From an uncultured Myxococcales bacterium (lineage in GTDB: Bacteria; Myxococcota_A; UBA9042; DTJE01): 64,000 bases of DNA. Below the pieces are notes generated by a model. It was not told the origin of the DNA. It searched no databases and saw nothing but the letters and a program-made list of their open reading frames with translations. The translations under genes and the position numbers were made by a program. The stretch covers positions 4,121-68,120 of the forward strand of contig CAINDP010000153.1 in the NCBI GenBank assembly GCA_903847405.1. Reading direction: 5' to 3'. The stretch's first letter is position 1; every line of letters begins with the position of its first letter. Shown in pieces: positions 51,100-60,250 of the stretch.

Positions 51100-52691
51100 A
51101 CGCCATCGGGAAAGCGATGGTCGCGGCCCTCCTCGGGGGTCTGCTGCTGGGGCCGACGGGACCCGTGCTGGCCGGGGAGGCGCCCCTCCCCTGTCCGGAT
51201 GCCGCCTGCGCAACCACCCGGGCCGCCGACCTCCTGGACGCCGGGCAGGCCGCGGAGGCCCTGGCGTACCTGAAGGCAACGCGGCAAGCCTGGCACGAAG
51301 ACACGGGTCTGCGACGCCTGCTGGGCATCGCCTACCTGCGCGTCGGCAACGGCATCTGGGCCCTTCGGACCCTGGAGGCCGTGGTGGTCGATCATCCCGA
51401 CGACTGTGAGTCCCGTGCCTGGCTGGCCCGGGCGCACCTGGAGCGCGCCTCCCTTCCGGGCCTGGACGCGGCCCTGGACGCCCCCGCATGCAGCATGCGG
51501 GGCCCCGCCGCCACCCGGATGGACCTGCTGCGAACCCTGGCCGAGGGAACTCGAGGCGGGGACGCCGGGGCCGCCCTGGACGCCGCACGACGGCGCCTGG
51601 TCGCCTGGCCGGAGGACCGGGACGCGTTCGCCCCCGTCGCCCACCGGGCGGCTCCCGATGCCCTCCCGGACCTGGCCTGGCGCGTGGAGGTGTCCGGCGG
51701 CTGGACCTCCAATGCCTGGATGGCGTCGGCAACCGAGGACCCCGCCATCGCGGGCCGGGACGGCCGAAGCCCCTTCGTCGCCACGGACCTGCTGCTGCGG
51801 ACCACGCCCTTCACCGGCGCGATTGTCAGGCCCCTGGTGGAGGCACAGGTCCGGGGAATCCTCTTCACCGATGGCGACGTCCGGAACCAGTCCTGGCTGG
51901 ATTTGTCGGGACGCGCCGGCCTGGTCTTCCGGGACGCCCTCCCGCGCGTGACGGTGGCCTACCGGCCCGACGCGCTGCTGCTGGGCCGCGGTGACCGCTA
52001 CGACCCCGCGCCCGTGTGGTACCTGGTGGCACACCGGGGCGAGGTGGAAGTCGAGGTCCGCCCCTGGATGACCGTTTTCGCAGGTGCCGGGCGCCGGGGC
52101 TTCCGGGAGGAGGCCCGCTCGCGCGTCGAGGCCGACCTGGGCATGGCCGGGCGGGCCGGCACCGGACGGTGGATCACCGTGATGTGGGCCGCCTCGGGAA
52201 GGTCCTTTCACGCAGTGCGCCCGGCCTGGAACCTCTGGGGAGGCAGTGCCCTGCTGGGGATCCATGCCCGCCTGCCGAAGGGCTTTTCGGCCCGGGTGAC
52301 CGCCTCGGGAGGCCTGGATGCCTACCCTGACTCCGGCGGCGACCCGGGGGGCGGTGTCTTCGGGACGTCCAGGGACCGTCGTGATCTCTTCGGACGGGTC
52401 GCGGCCGCGGTCTGGAGCCCCGCCTTGTCCGGAGTCCGTGTGGGTCTTTCGTACGAGTTCGCGGGGCGCGACAGTACGGCTCCGCTTTTCGGCTACACGG
52501 ACCACCGGGTGGCTCTGCGGCTGGCCTGGTCCGGCGAAGCCCTCCTGATCCGCCCCGCGGCCACGACGACGAATCCTCGGCCGGCCTGGGGCTGGGGAGC
52601 GGACGGCGCGACCGGGGCCGCGGACGATCGGGTTCAGGACCTTCTGCGGCAGGACGAGCAGTCCCAGCGCTCGTCGTCGTGCGTGCAGTGA
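51096..52691 (+). CDS. TPR-like N-terminus with putative outer-membrane beta-barrel
   Basis: Signal peptide; helical repeat region; amphipathic strands; C-terminal DLLRQDEQSQRSSSCVQ. Confidence 0.6.
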   Translation: MNAIGKAMVAALLGGLLLGPTGPVLAGEAPLPCPDAACATTRAADLLDAGQAAEALAYLKATRQAWHEDTGLRRLLGIAYLRVGNGIWALRTLEAVVVDHPDDCESRAWLARAHLERASLPGLDAALDAPACSMRGPAATRMDLLRTLAEGTRGGDAGAALDAARRRLVAWPEDRDAFAPVAHRAAPDALPDLAWRVEVSGGWTSNAWMASATEDPAIAGRDGRSPFVATDLLLRTTPFTGAIVRPLVEAQVRGILFTDGDVRNQSWLDLSGRAGLVFRDALPRVTVAYRPDALLLGRGDRYDPAPVWYLVAHRGEVEVEVRPWMTVFAGAGRRGFREEARSRVEADLGMAGRAGTGRWITVMWAASGRSFHAVRPAWNLWGGSALLGIHARLPKGFSARVTASGGLDAYPDSGGDPGGGVFGTSRDRRDLFGRVAAAVWSPALSGVRVGLSYEFAGRDSTAPLFGYTDHRVALRLAWSGEALLIRPAATTTNPRPAWGWGADGATGAADDRVQDLLRQDEQSQRSSSCVQ

Positions 52692-52734
52692 CCGGCGCGG
52701 TGGGAGGCGGACGACAGCCTCCCGGGAGGACGGC

Positions 52735-53241
52735 ATGACCCTGCGGGACCTCCTCGTCGCGACCCGGGACGCCACCCTGGTCGCCGTCCTCGCGGTTGCA
52801 GCCGCGGCTGCGACAAACGCGCTCCGGGACGCCCCCTTCCCCTGGATTGCCGTCGCTGCCTACGACCTTTTCGTGCCCTGCCCTGAACCTCTGGGGGACG
52901 CGAAGGCCGTTTCCCCGATGGAGCCCATCGTACGCGCGGAGCGGACGCTGGTCGTCGATGCCCGGGACAGGGCGGCACACTCCGACTGGCACCTCTCTGG
53001 AGCAATGCACGTCCCCTTCGACTGGATCGACGCGGTCCCCGACGAGGCGGTGCGCCGGGTGGCGGCCTCGGGCGCAGCCGCGGTGGTCGTCTACGGCGAC
53101 GGAGGCGACCCCGACAGCGGCCGCGAACTGGCACGGGAACTGTCGGGACGCGGGGTCCGGAACGTCCACTACGTGGAGGGCGGCGCCCCTGCCCTGCGCG
53201 GCGACGGGCACCCCCCGGGCGCCGGGGAGGTTGCGCCATGA
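52735..53241 (+). CDS. Membrane-anchored rhodanese-like protein without catalytic Cys
   Basis: VVDAR, WHLSGAMHVPF, VVYGDGG, VEGG. Confidence 0.82.
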   Translation: MTLRDLLVATRDATLVAVLAVAAAAATNALRDAPFPWIAVAAYDLFVPCPEPLGDAKAVSPMEPIVRAERTLVVDARDRAAHSDWHLSGAMHVPFDWIDAVPDEAVRRVAASGAAAVVVYGDGGDPDSGRELARELSGRGVRNVHYVEGGAPALRGDGHPPGAGEVAP

Positions 53242-53726
53242 CGTCCTTTTCGCGCTGCGCCGCCTGGCGCGGTCACGCGTACCTGGCGCTGGCGGCCCGC
53301 CTGTACCTGGCATGGGTCTTTCTGGCCGCCTGCGCGCACAAGATCGCGGACCCGGCGGCCTTCGCCGTGGACGTGGCCACCTACGGCATCCTGCCCCTCT
53401 GGGGCGTCAACGCCGTTGCCCACGTGCTGCCCTGGATCGAGGCCTTCGCCGCGGCGATGCTGATCCTGGGCCTGCGGGTCCGCGCCGCGGCCCTGCTGGT
53501 GGCTGGCATGATGGCGACGTTCCTGGTGGCGCTGTCCGTCGCGCTGGCCAAGGGGCTGGACATGTCCTGCGGATGCTTCGCGTCCACCGGGGCCGCCGAG
53601 GATCCCATCTCGTCCCTGACCCTGCTCCGGGACGGCGCCTGGATGGCCCTGGCACTGTACGTGTTGATCCTGGACCGGCGGCCCCTGGGACTGGACCGGA
53701 TCCTGGACCGAAGGAGGATTCCATGA
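53238..53726 (+). CDS. MauE/DoxX-family redox membrane protein
   Basis: KIADP, LPWIE, GLDMSCGCF, LLRD. Confidence 0.9.
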   Translation: MTSFSRCAAWRGHAYLALAARLYLAWVFLAACAHKIADPAAFAVDVATYGILPLWGVNAVAHVLPWIEAFAAAMLILGLRVRAAALLVAGMMATFLVALSVALAKGLDMSCGCFASTGAAEDPISSLTLLRDGAWMALALYVLILDRRPLGLDRILDRRRIP

Positions 53727-54562
53727 ACGCCCGTGCCGCCTTCGCCGCAGCCGTGGCATCCCTGCTGGTGGCCTTGCCGGCCCGCGCCCAGACGCCGGCC
53801 TGCGACGCCCTGTCCGCCCAGGCCGGGGAGGTGGCACGCCAGGTCCTGGAAAGCCAACCCCCCTACGAGGGGTGTGACCAGCCGATCGCGACGTGCCTGA
53901 AGAACAACCCCTCCGACCGACTGGCCCTGCGCCTGGCGGATTTCGTTTGCCGCCGGGCCGCATCCAGGCAGGATCGCGCCACGATCGAACGGTCCCTGGA
54001 ACGCCGGGCCCTTTCGATGATGCGCCCGGGCCGCCGCTACACCATCGAGGACGCCGCCTGGCCCATCGCGGGCTGCACCGCCGCGAAGGTGAAGGTTGTC
54101 GCCTACGTCTGTGCCCGGTGTCCCTTCTGCTCGAAACTGCTGCCCGATCTGCACCGGGAAATCACGGCCGGCCGCCTGGCGGGCCGGGTGGCCCTGACCG
54201 TGCGCCCCTTTCCCATCAAGTCCCACGCCAACTCCACAGAAGCCAACCTGGCCGTTGCAGCCGCCGCCGGCCTCGGCAAGGCCTGGGAGTACCTGCTGCA
54301 CGCCTACCGCCACTTCGACCGGTTCACGCCGGACGCCCCCGCGCGCTGGGCCGCAGACCTGGGCCTGGACGCAGCGGCCTTCGCCGCCGCCGCCGCCGGC
54401 CCCGCCGCCCGGGATTTCGTGGTGGCTGCCAAGAAGGAGGGGCTGAGGAACGGCGTTGAGGCGACCCCGACCCTGTTCATCAACGGGCGACGCTACGTAG
54501 GCGACCTGGACGTCGAAACCCTTGTCGATGTGCTGGAAGAGGAAGCCGAGGCCGCCCGCTGA
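53723..54562 (+). CDS. Secreted DsbA/thioredoxin-fold protein with Cys-containing N-terminal domain
   Basis: Signal peptide; YVCARCPFC; FPIKSH; GVEATPTLFINGR. Confidence 0.85.
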   Translation: MNARAAFAAAVASLLVALPARAQTPACDALSAQAGEVARQVLESQPPYEGCDQPIATCLKNNPSDRLALRLADFVCRRAASRQDRATIERSLERRALSMMRPGRRYTIEDAAWPIAGCTAAKVKVVAYVCARCPFCSKLLPDLHREITAGRLAGRVALTVRPFPIKSHANSTEANLAVAAAAGLGKAWEYLLHAYRHFDRFTPDAPARWAADLGLDAAAFAAAAAGPAARDFVVAAKKEGLRNGVEATPTLFINGRRYVGDLDVETLVDVLEEEAEAAR

Positions 54563-54600
54563 AGTACACCACCGGTCCCATCGACGGATCGGAATGCCCG

Positions 54601-55011
54601 TCAACCGACCGCCGGATCTTCCTCGGATTCGCCTTCGCACTTCGGGCAGGCCTCCGGCGCCTCGCCCGGAGTCGCGTGGATCCAGACGTCCCGACATCGT
54701 GGGCAATGGTAGTTGCGGCCGTCTGCGTTCGGGTCCAATCCCTCGATCCGCAACGCCTTGCCGTGGACCAGCGCGTCGGCCACCTTCCTGCGGGCGATCT
54801 CGACAACACGGGCGAACGTCTGGCGGGACACACCCATGATCTCGGACGCCTGCTGCTGGTACATCCCCTCCAGGTCCGCCAGGCGGATCGCCTCGAACTC
54901 ATCCAGTTCCAGCACCACTTCGTCGAGGGCCGACATCGGGATTCCGCGAGGCTTGTAGTACGTCGCGACGGGGGCGGCTCCCACGCGTCGGGGACACTTG
55001 GGTCTGGCCAT
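54601..55011 (-). CDS. DUF134 putative DNA-binding protein with C-terminal Zn-ribbon
   Basis: MARPKCPRRV, YKPRGIP, DEFEAIRLADLEG, MGVSRQTF, GKALRIEG; CPRC...CPKC. Confidence 0.92.
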   Translation of the reverse strand: MARPKCPRRVGAAPVATYYKPRGIPMSALDEVVLELDEFEAIRLADLEGMYQQQASEIMGVSRQTFARVVEIARRKVADALVHGKALRIEGLDPNADGRNYHCPRCRDVWIHATPGEAPEACPKCEGESEEDPAVG

Positions 55012-55016
55012 CGTAT

Positions 55017-55508
55017 TCACGCTCCTGGCGGACCGGCATCCGCGTCGCCGGCATTCTCGCCAGTCGCCGATGCGGTGTCCAGTTCGCTCCTGCACTGCCC
55101 TTCCCGATCCACGAAAACTCCCCGTCCCGTCGCCATGATCCGCTGGCCCTGCCGGGCCTCGGAACGCAGGCGATACAGCGGCGGGGCAGACTCCACGATC
55201 CACGCCTGCACCTGCGTCGGAACCTCCAGCGCCACCGGATGCCGGAACCGGACCTGCAGATCGCCCGTCACCGCGGCAATCCCGCGCGCCATCAGGCACT
55301 GCGCCATGGCGGAATCCAGGAGGGTCGCAACCACTCCACCCTGGGCCATTCCCGGGTAGCCCTCGAAGCGTGAATCCAGGTTCGCCCGTCCTGCCACCGT
55401 TCCATCCGGCCGAACGCCGCACAGGAATCCCAGGCCGTCCGCCCGGTCCGGCGAGCAGGCAAAGCAGTGGGGATGCAATGTCTCCCGCTTCCGGACGATG
55501 TTCTCCAA
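55017..55508 (-). CDS. PaaI/hot-dog fold thioesterase
   Basis: AGGAGG then TTG; HPHCFAC, FEGYPGMAQGG, LLDSAM. Confidence 0.85.
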   Translation of the reverse strand: MENIVRKRETLHPHCFACSPDRADGLGFLCGVRPDGTVAGRANLDSRFEGYPGMAQGGVVATLLDSAMAQCLMARGIAAVTGDLQVRFRHPVALEVPTQVQAWIVESAPPLYRLRSEARQGQRIMATGRGVFVDREGQCRSELDTASATGENAGDADAGPPGA

Positions 55509-55535
55509 CGGCGCCCTCCTTGAACACGCCCTGAA

Positions 55536-55564
55536 ATTATGGGCAAATGCCCCGCATTGTGCAA
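55536..55564 (-). promoter_or_regulatory. Sigma-70 promoter of the thioesterase-DUF134 operon, with palindrome
   Basis: Minus strand TTGCAC-17bp-CATAAT; GGGCAAATGCCC (55541-55552) in the spacer. Confidence 0.7.
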
Positions 55565-55643
55565 CGATCAGGCACCGGGGCGCCCGTCGCCGGAGGAGGT
55601 TTTCTTCCGCCGGATGCCGGCCCCATCGCCGCACGGAGGTTCC

Positions 55644-56255
55644 ATGGCCCCGGATCCCATCGACCCGGTCCCGTTCGGTTGCCGCCACTGCGTGACGCGA
55701 GGCAGTTTCGTCGGCGGGAACGCCCGGACTCCCAGGGATTGCCCCACCACCACGCACCCGGAAACGTCGAAAGACGTGTCGGCATATCTGTCCCCGGAGC
55801 GCCAGGCCTTGATGCGGGTGGCGAACGACGCTCCCTTCGCCCCCGACGGCCGCCTGCGGAACCGGGTGGAGGAACTGGTCTTCTTCGCCCGGTCGCAGGG
55901 GATGCGACGCATCGGCGTGGCCTTCTGCGTTTCCCTTCTGAAGGAGGCCCAGGAACTGGGCCGGATCCTGGTCGCCGAGGGACTGGAGGTGGAACTGGTC
56001 TGCTGCCGCGTCGGGGCGGTGGACCATGACGAAATCGGCCTGCCCAAGGCGAACCCCGAAAAGTTCGCTGCCATCTGCAATCCCGTGGCCCAGGCACGCC
56101 TGCTGGACGAACGCGGGGTGGATCTGATCGTCCAGATGGGGCTGTGCATCGGCCACGACTTGATCCTGCAGCAGGAGGCCCGGGCGCCGGTCACGACCCT
56201 GGTGGTCAAGGACCGGGTGCTGGATCACCACACGATCCGGGCGTTGCGCCCATGA
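55644..56255 (+). CDS. DUF1847 metal-binding protein
   Basis: RVEE, IGVAFC, VCCRVG, CNPVAQA, GLCIGHD, TTLVVKDRV. Confidence 0.9.
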   Translation: MAPDPIDPVPFGCRHCVTRGSFVGGNARTPRDCPTTTHPETSKDVSAYLSPERQALMRVANDAPFAPDGRLRNRVEELVFFARSQGMRRIGVAFCVSLLKEAQELGRILVAEGLEVELVCCRVGAVDHDEIGLPKANPEKFAAICNPVAQARLLDERGVDLIVQMGLCIGHDLILQQEARAPVTTLVVKDRVLDHHTIRALRP

Positions 56256-56284
56256 CGAGGCCCCACCCAACGGAGGATGATTCC

Positions 56285-57274
56285 ATGCGATTCCGAATCC
56301 ATCCCGCCTGGTGGCCGGTCCTGGCCCTGGCCAGCCCGGCATTGGTCCCCTGGCTGGCCATTCAGACAGGCCGCTTCGCCACGGGCAGAACTCGCGCGTT
56401 GCAGGTCAACAAGGACCGGGTGTCATCGGCCCTCCCCCTGGCGCTGCCCGTCCTGGACGACCTTCGGCTGACCGTGCTGGTCGATCACGCGCACGAAACG
56501 GGGTTCCTGGGTGACGCAGGCGTCTCGTACGTGATGGCCACTCCGTCCGGCACGACCTTGATGGACGTGGGTTTCGGTCCCGGAACCCCCAGCCTTGCAC
56601 ACAACGCGTCCAGGCTGGGGTTCCAGGCTGCAGGCATCGACAGTGTCGTCATCACGCACCTGCACCTGGATCACATGGGCGGGCTGCGTGCCGCGCGGGC
56701 GCATCGGGTCGAGTGGCCGGAGGGCTTCGTTCCAAGGCCCGGGACCCCCTGCTTCCTGCCGGCTCCGGCGGACGCGCCTGGGCTGGACGCGACGCTGGTC
56801 GAAGGTCCCCGCCTGCTGCCGGGTGGCCTGGCAACCACGGGTCCCCTGGCGCGCATGCTCTGTCTGACGGGGTGGATCGAGGAGCAGGCGCTGGTCGCGA
56901 AGCGGAGGGATGGCGGTCTGGTCGTGGTCACGGGATGCGGTCACCCCACGCTCGAAACCATCCTGGCCATGGTGCGCCGAATGGATCCGGCGAAAGTCCA
57001 CACGGTGGTGGGCGGGCTGCATTTCCCGATCACCGGGTCCCGGATCAAGCGGCTGGGAATCCAGTTCCAGCAGGTCATCGGGACCGGAAAGTGCTGGTGG
57101 GCGGGTGTCACCGACGCGGACCTGACCGCCACGATCGCGACCCTGAACGCCGCCGGCGTGCAACGGCTGCTCCTGTCGGCGCACGACACGTGCGACCACG
57201 CCATCGAACGCCTGCGACGCGAGACACATGCCGAGGTCGAGGTGGTGCAAGCGGGTGCCAGTTATATCCTCTGA
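56285..57274 (+). CDS. MBL-fold metallo-hydrolase
   Basis: THLHLDHMGG, EEQAL, TGCGHP, GGLH. Confidence 0.9.
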   Translation: MRFRIHPAWWPVLALASPALVPWLAIQTGRFATGRTRALQVNKDRVSSALPLALPVLDDLRLTVLVDHAHETGFLGDAGVSYVMATPSGTTLMDVGFGPGTPSLAHNASRLGFQAAGIDSVVITHLHLDHMGGLRAARAHRVEWPEGFVPRPGTPCFLPAPADAPGLDATLVEGPRLLPGGLATTGPLARMLCLTGWIEEQALVAKRRDGGLVVVTGCGHPTLETILAMVRRMDPAKVHTVVGGLHFPITGSRIKRLGIQFQQVIGTGKCWWAGVTDADLTATIATLNAAGVQRLLLSAHDTCDHAIERLRRETHAEVEVVQAGASYIL

Positions 57275-57322
57275 CGTGAGTTCCCCAGGGACCGTGGGCG
57301 ACTTCACGGAACCATCCAGCCG

Positions 57323-57351
57323 TTGACTTCTTTTTGGGCAAATGCCAATAT
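57323..57351 (+). promoter_or_regulatory. Sigma-70 promoter of the ORP-like operon, with palindrome
   Basis: TTGACT-17bp-CAATAT; GGGCAAATGCCA (57336-57347) in the spacer. Confidence 0.7.
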
Positions 57352-57430
57352 CCATCCCCGAGACCGGAGCCTGGGCAACGGCGTTACGAGGGCCCGGTCG
57401 ATCGAGGGTTCCGGATAGAGGGAGGCAGAC

Positions 57431-57538
57431 ATGCCAGGTCATGATGGAACAGGTCCCCTGGGGCAGGGACCGGGCGCAGGGCGCGGCAGGTGGCGTCACG
57501 GGCAGGCAAGGCCGGCCGTTGAAGATGGAGAAATCCCG
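57431..57538 (+). pseudogene. DUF5320-like N-terminal remnant in frame with the next gene
   Basis: GGGAGG RBS; MPGHDGTGPLGQGPGAGRG matches the DUF5320 start; no stop before ATG 57539. Confidence 0.6.
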
Positions 57539-57958
57539 ATGAGCAATCGAACGATCATCGCGCTCCCGGTCGAGGACGACGCCGGCCTGGAATCCGACGT
57601 CTGCCAGCATTTCGGCCATGCGGCGGGGTTCGCCCTCGTCGAAGTCGATGGTGCGCAGATTGCCTCCTGCCGCGTGGTCAGGAACCCAATGGCGGAAGAC
57701 CACCAACCGGGGATGCTGCCGGGGTTCGTCCATTCCACCGGCGCGAACGTCCTGCTGGCGGGCGGCATGGGCCCGCGGGCCGTTGACCTGCTGCATGGAT
57801 TCGGGATCGACGTGGCCACCGGCGCCCAGGGGCGCGTGCGCGACGTCGTCACCGCGTACCTGGCCGGGAACCTCACCGGCATCACGCCCTGCGACCACAG
57901 CCACGACCATGGCGGCGGATGCGGCGATCACACGCGCCATCACGGAGGTCCGACATGA
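57539..57958 (+). CDS. NifB/NifX-family (dinitrogenase FeMo-cofactor-binding-like) protein
   Basis: GGAG RBS; CQHFGHA, HQPG, GGMGPRA; His-rich tail. Confidence 0.9.
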   Translation: MSNRTIIALPVEDDAGLESDVCQHFGHAAGFALVEVDGAQIASCRVVRNPMAEDHQPGMLPGFVHSTGANVLLAGGMGPRAVDLLHGFGIDVATGAQGRVRDVVTAYLAGNLTGITPCDHSHDHGGGCGDHTRHHGGPT

Positions 57959-58299
57959 AGGTGGCCGTTTCGATCGAGGAAGGAAAGGGCATGACCGCCC
58001 CGGTGTGCCAGACCTTTGGCCGTGCCCCGTGGTTCGTCGTGGTCGATGACACGACCGGCGGAATGACCTTCGTGGCCAATACGGCCGCATCAGGGGCCCA
58101 CGGCGCCGGTACAGGCGCCGCGTCCTTGATGGCCCGGCACGGCGTCGACGCGGTCATCTCCGGCCGCTTCGGACCCAACGCCTTCGAAGCCCTCCACCTT
58201 GCCCAGATCCGGATGTTCGTCTGCCTTACCGACCCGACGGCCCAGGAGGCCCTGGAACAGTTCCGTGCAGGCGCGCTGCAGGAAGTCGCTGCAACCTGA
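57955..58299 (+). CDS. NifB/NifX-family protein, Orange-protein-like
   Basis: MKVAVS, FGRAPWF, AHGAG, ISGRFGPNAF. Confidence 0.88.
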   Translation: MKVAVSIEEGKGMTAPVCQTFGRAPWFVVVDDTTGGMTFVANTAASGAHGAGTGAASLMARHGVDAVISGRFGPNAFEALHLAQIRMFVCLTDPTAQEALEQFRAGALQEVAAT

Positions 58300-58316
58300 C
58301 GGCGTGAAGGAGTCCC

Positions 58317-59165
58317 ATGCGGATCGTGGTCGCCAGCGGAAAGGGAGGCACCGGGAAGACGCTGGTTTCGACGTCGCTGGCACTGCACTGGGCCAGGCAG
58401 GGCCAGGAATCCTGCTACATCGATGCCGACGTCGAGGAGCCGAACGGCCACCTGTTCCTGCAACCCGCAATTGATGCAACGCGCCGCTTCACCATGCCGG
58501 TGCCCCGCCTGGAGGGGACGTGCGAGGCGTGCGGGCGCTGCCAGGAACTCTGCGCCTTCCACGCGATCCTGGCGATCAAGGGACGCGTACTGGTCTTCCC
58601 CGAACTGTGCCATTCCTGCGGCGCATGCGTCCTGGCCTGCCTTCCGGGGGTGCTGCACCTGGCACCCCGCGAGATCGGCACGATCCGCGAAGGCCGCGTC
58701 GGAAGCCTGCGCTTCATCGACGGCACCCTGGACGTGGGCGAGGCCCGCGCCGCGCGCCTGACGGAAGGCGTGGCCTCCACGCCTTGCGGGGGACGGGTCA
58801 TCGTGGATGCACCGCCGGGGACCTCCTGTCCCGCAGTGGCGACACTCCGCGGCGCGGACATCGCCGTACTGGTCACCGAACCGACGCCGTTCGGCTTGCA
58901 TGACCTGGGCCTTGCGATCCGCATGTGCCGTTCCCTGGGAGTCCCCCCCGTCGTCGTGGTCAACCGGTCCGACCTCGGAGGCGACGTGGAAGCCGCCCTG
59001 GCCGAGTTCGGCGCCCCGGTGGTCGGGCGGATTCCCTTCGACCCCAGGATTGCCGTGGCGACCGCGAAAGGGGAAATCGCGATCGATGTCGTCCCGCGAT
59101 TCGCGGAAACCGTGGCCGGGATTGCCCTGGCCGTGGAGCGCGCCGCCCTGGAGGCCCGCTCATGA
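58317..59165 (+). CDS. MinD/ParA-like ATPase with inserted 2x[4Fe-4S] ferredoxin domain
   Basis: ASGKGGTGKT, DADVEEPN, two CxxCxxCxxxC, PPGTSCP, TEPTPFGLHDL. Confidence 0.93.
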   Translation: MRIVVASGKGGTGKTLVSTSLALHWARQGQESCYIDADVEEPNGHLFLQPAIDATRRFTMPVPRLEGTCEACGRCQELCAFHAILAIKGRVLVFPELCHSCGACVLACLPGVLHLAPREIGTIREGRVGSLRFIDGTLDVGEARAARLTEGVASTPCGGRVIVDAPPGTSCPAVATLRGADIAVLVTEPTPFGLHDLGLAIRMCRSLGVPPVVVVNRSDLGGDVEAALAEFGAPVVGRIPFDPRIAVATAKGEIAIDVVPRFAETVAGIALAVERAALEARS

Positions 59166-60073
59166 AACAGGTCGTCGTACTGAGTGGCAAGGGGGGCACG
59201 GGAAAGACGTCGCTGACGGCGGCACTGGTTCGCCTGGCCGGCCGATGCGTGGCGGTGGATGCCGACGTCGATGCGGCGAACCTTGCCCTGCTGATGCCCG
59301 GCCAGGACGACCCGTGGAGGACGTTCACGGCGGGGCGCCGGGCCCGGATCGACCCGGACCTTTGTGTCGGGTGCATGCGCTGCTCCGAGGAATGTCCGTT
59401 CAAGGCCATTCGCATGGGAGCGGCCTGGATTCCGGTTGTCGACCCGTTGGCCTGCGAGGGCTGTGGCATCTGCAAGCAGTGGTGCACACCGGGTGCCATC
59501 CGGTTCGAGGGCCATGAAGCCGGGGTCTGGACCGTGCGCAGGACCGTCTGGGGCCCGTTGGTGCACGCGGCCCTCCATGTCGGCGAGGACAACTCGGGGA
59601 AACTGGTGGCCCAGGTCCGGAAGGAAGGCGCCCGCCTGGGGTCCGCCGAGAACATCGACCTCGTTCTCGTCGACGGCCCCCCCGGAATCGGCTGCCCCGT
59701 CCATGCGGCGATCGGCGGCGCGGACCTGGTCGTGGCGATCACGGAACCCGGCGTTGCGGCGGCCCACGACCTGGAACGCCTGCTGGACCTGGCGCGCTGG
59801 TTCCACGTACCGGCGGCCATCGTGCTGAACAAGGCGGACCTGCATCCAGCGGCCTCTGCGGACCTGCGGTTCATGGCGGCCGCCCGGGGCGTCCCGGTCC
59901 TGGTGGATCTGCCGTTCCTGCCCGCGGTTCCACGCGCCCTGGCCCGGGGACGGTGTCTTCTGGAGGTGGAGGGCCTGCAGGAACCCCTGGACGCCTGCTG
60001 GGCCGGCATCCAGCGAATGCTGGCCGGGGCGCCGGCCCCAGCGGAAGAGTGCAGACCCGCGGAGCCGACATGA
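59162..60073 (+). CDS. Second MinD/ParA-like [4Fe-4S] ATPase
   Basis: LSGKGGTGKT, DADVDAA, two CxxCxxCxxxC, NSGKLV, DGPPGIGCPV. Confidence 0.93.
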   Translation: MKQVVVLSGKGGTGKTSLTAALVRLAGRCVAVDADVDAANLALLMPGQDDPWRTFTAGRRARIDPDLCVGCMRCSEECPFKAIRMGAAWIPVVDPLACEGCGICKQWCTPGAIRFEGHEAGVWTVRRTVWGPLVHAALHVGEDNSGKLVAQVRKEGARLGSAENIDLVLVDGPPGIGCPVHAAIGGADLVVAITEPGVAAAHDLERLLDLARWFHVPAAIVLNKADLHPAASADLRFMAAARGVPVLVDLPFLPAVPRALARGRCLLEVEGLQEPLDACWAGIQRMLAGAPAPAEECRPAEPT

Positions 60074-60117
60074 GTCGTCATGTCTTCGGTCCCGTACCCT
60101 CCCGCCGCCGGGGTCGG
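60070..60117 (+). pseudogene. 5' remnant of a radical SAM gene
   Basis: ATGA overlap; MSRHVFGPVPSRRRGR matches the FGPVPSRRLGxSLG family start, then similarity is lost. Confidence 0.7.
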
Positions 60118-60173
60118 CCACGACGCCCGTCCTGGACATTGCGGCTCCTTCCCCAAGGGTCGTGTGGCGTAAC

Positions 60174-60185
60174 GAGCATATGCTA
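60174..60185. promoter_or_regulatory. CATATG-centred palindrome upstream of the thioesterase
   Basis: GAGCATATGCTA. Confidence 0.45.
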
Positions 60186-60250
60186 CCCTGTGTACCGGTC
60201 GGGCCCCAGGGTGCCTGCAGTGGGTCATGGACGGCGCAGGGAGGTACGGG

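Noticed and set aside
57373-57388. Sigma-54-like GGGCAACGGCGTTACG upstream of the ORP-like operon
   Set aside because: Lacks the invariant -12 GC, and no enhancer sites are seen nearby; at most a decayed promoter
57539-58299. Nitrogen fixation, suggested by the NifB/NifX-family domains
   Set aside because: No nifHDK; context matches ORP-type clusters
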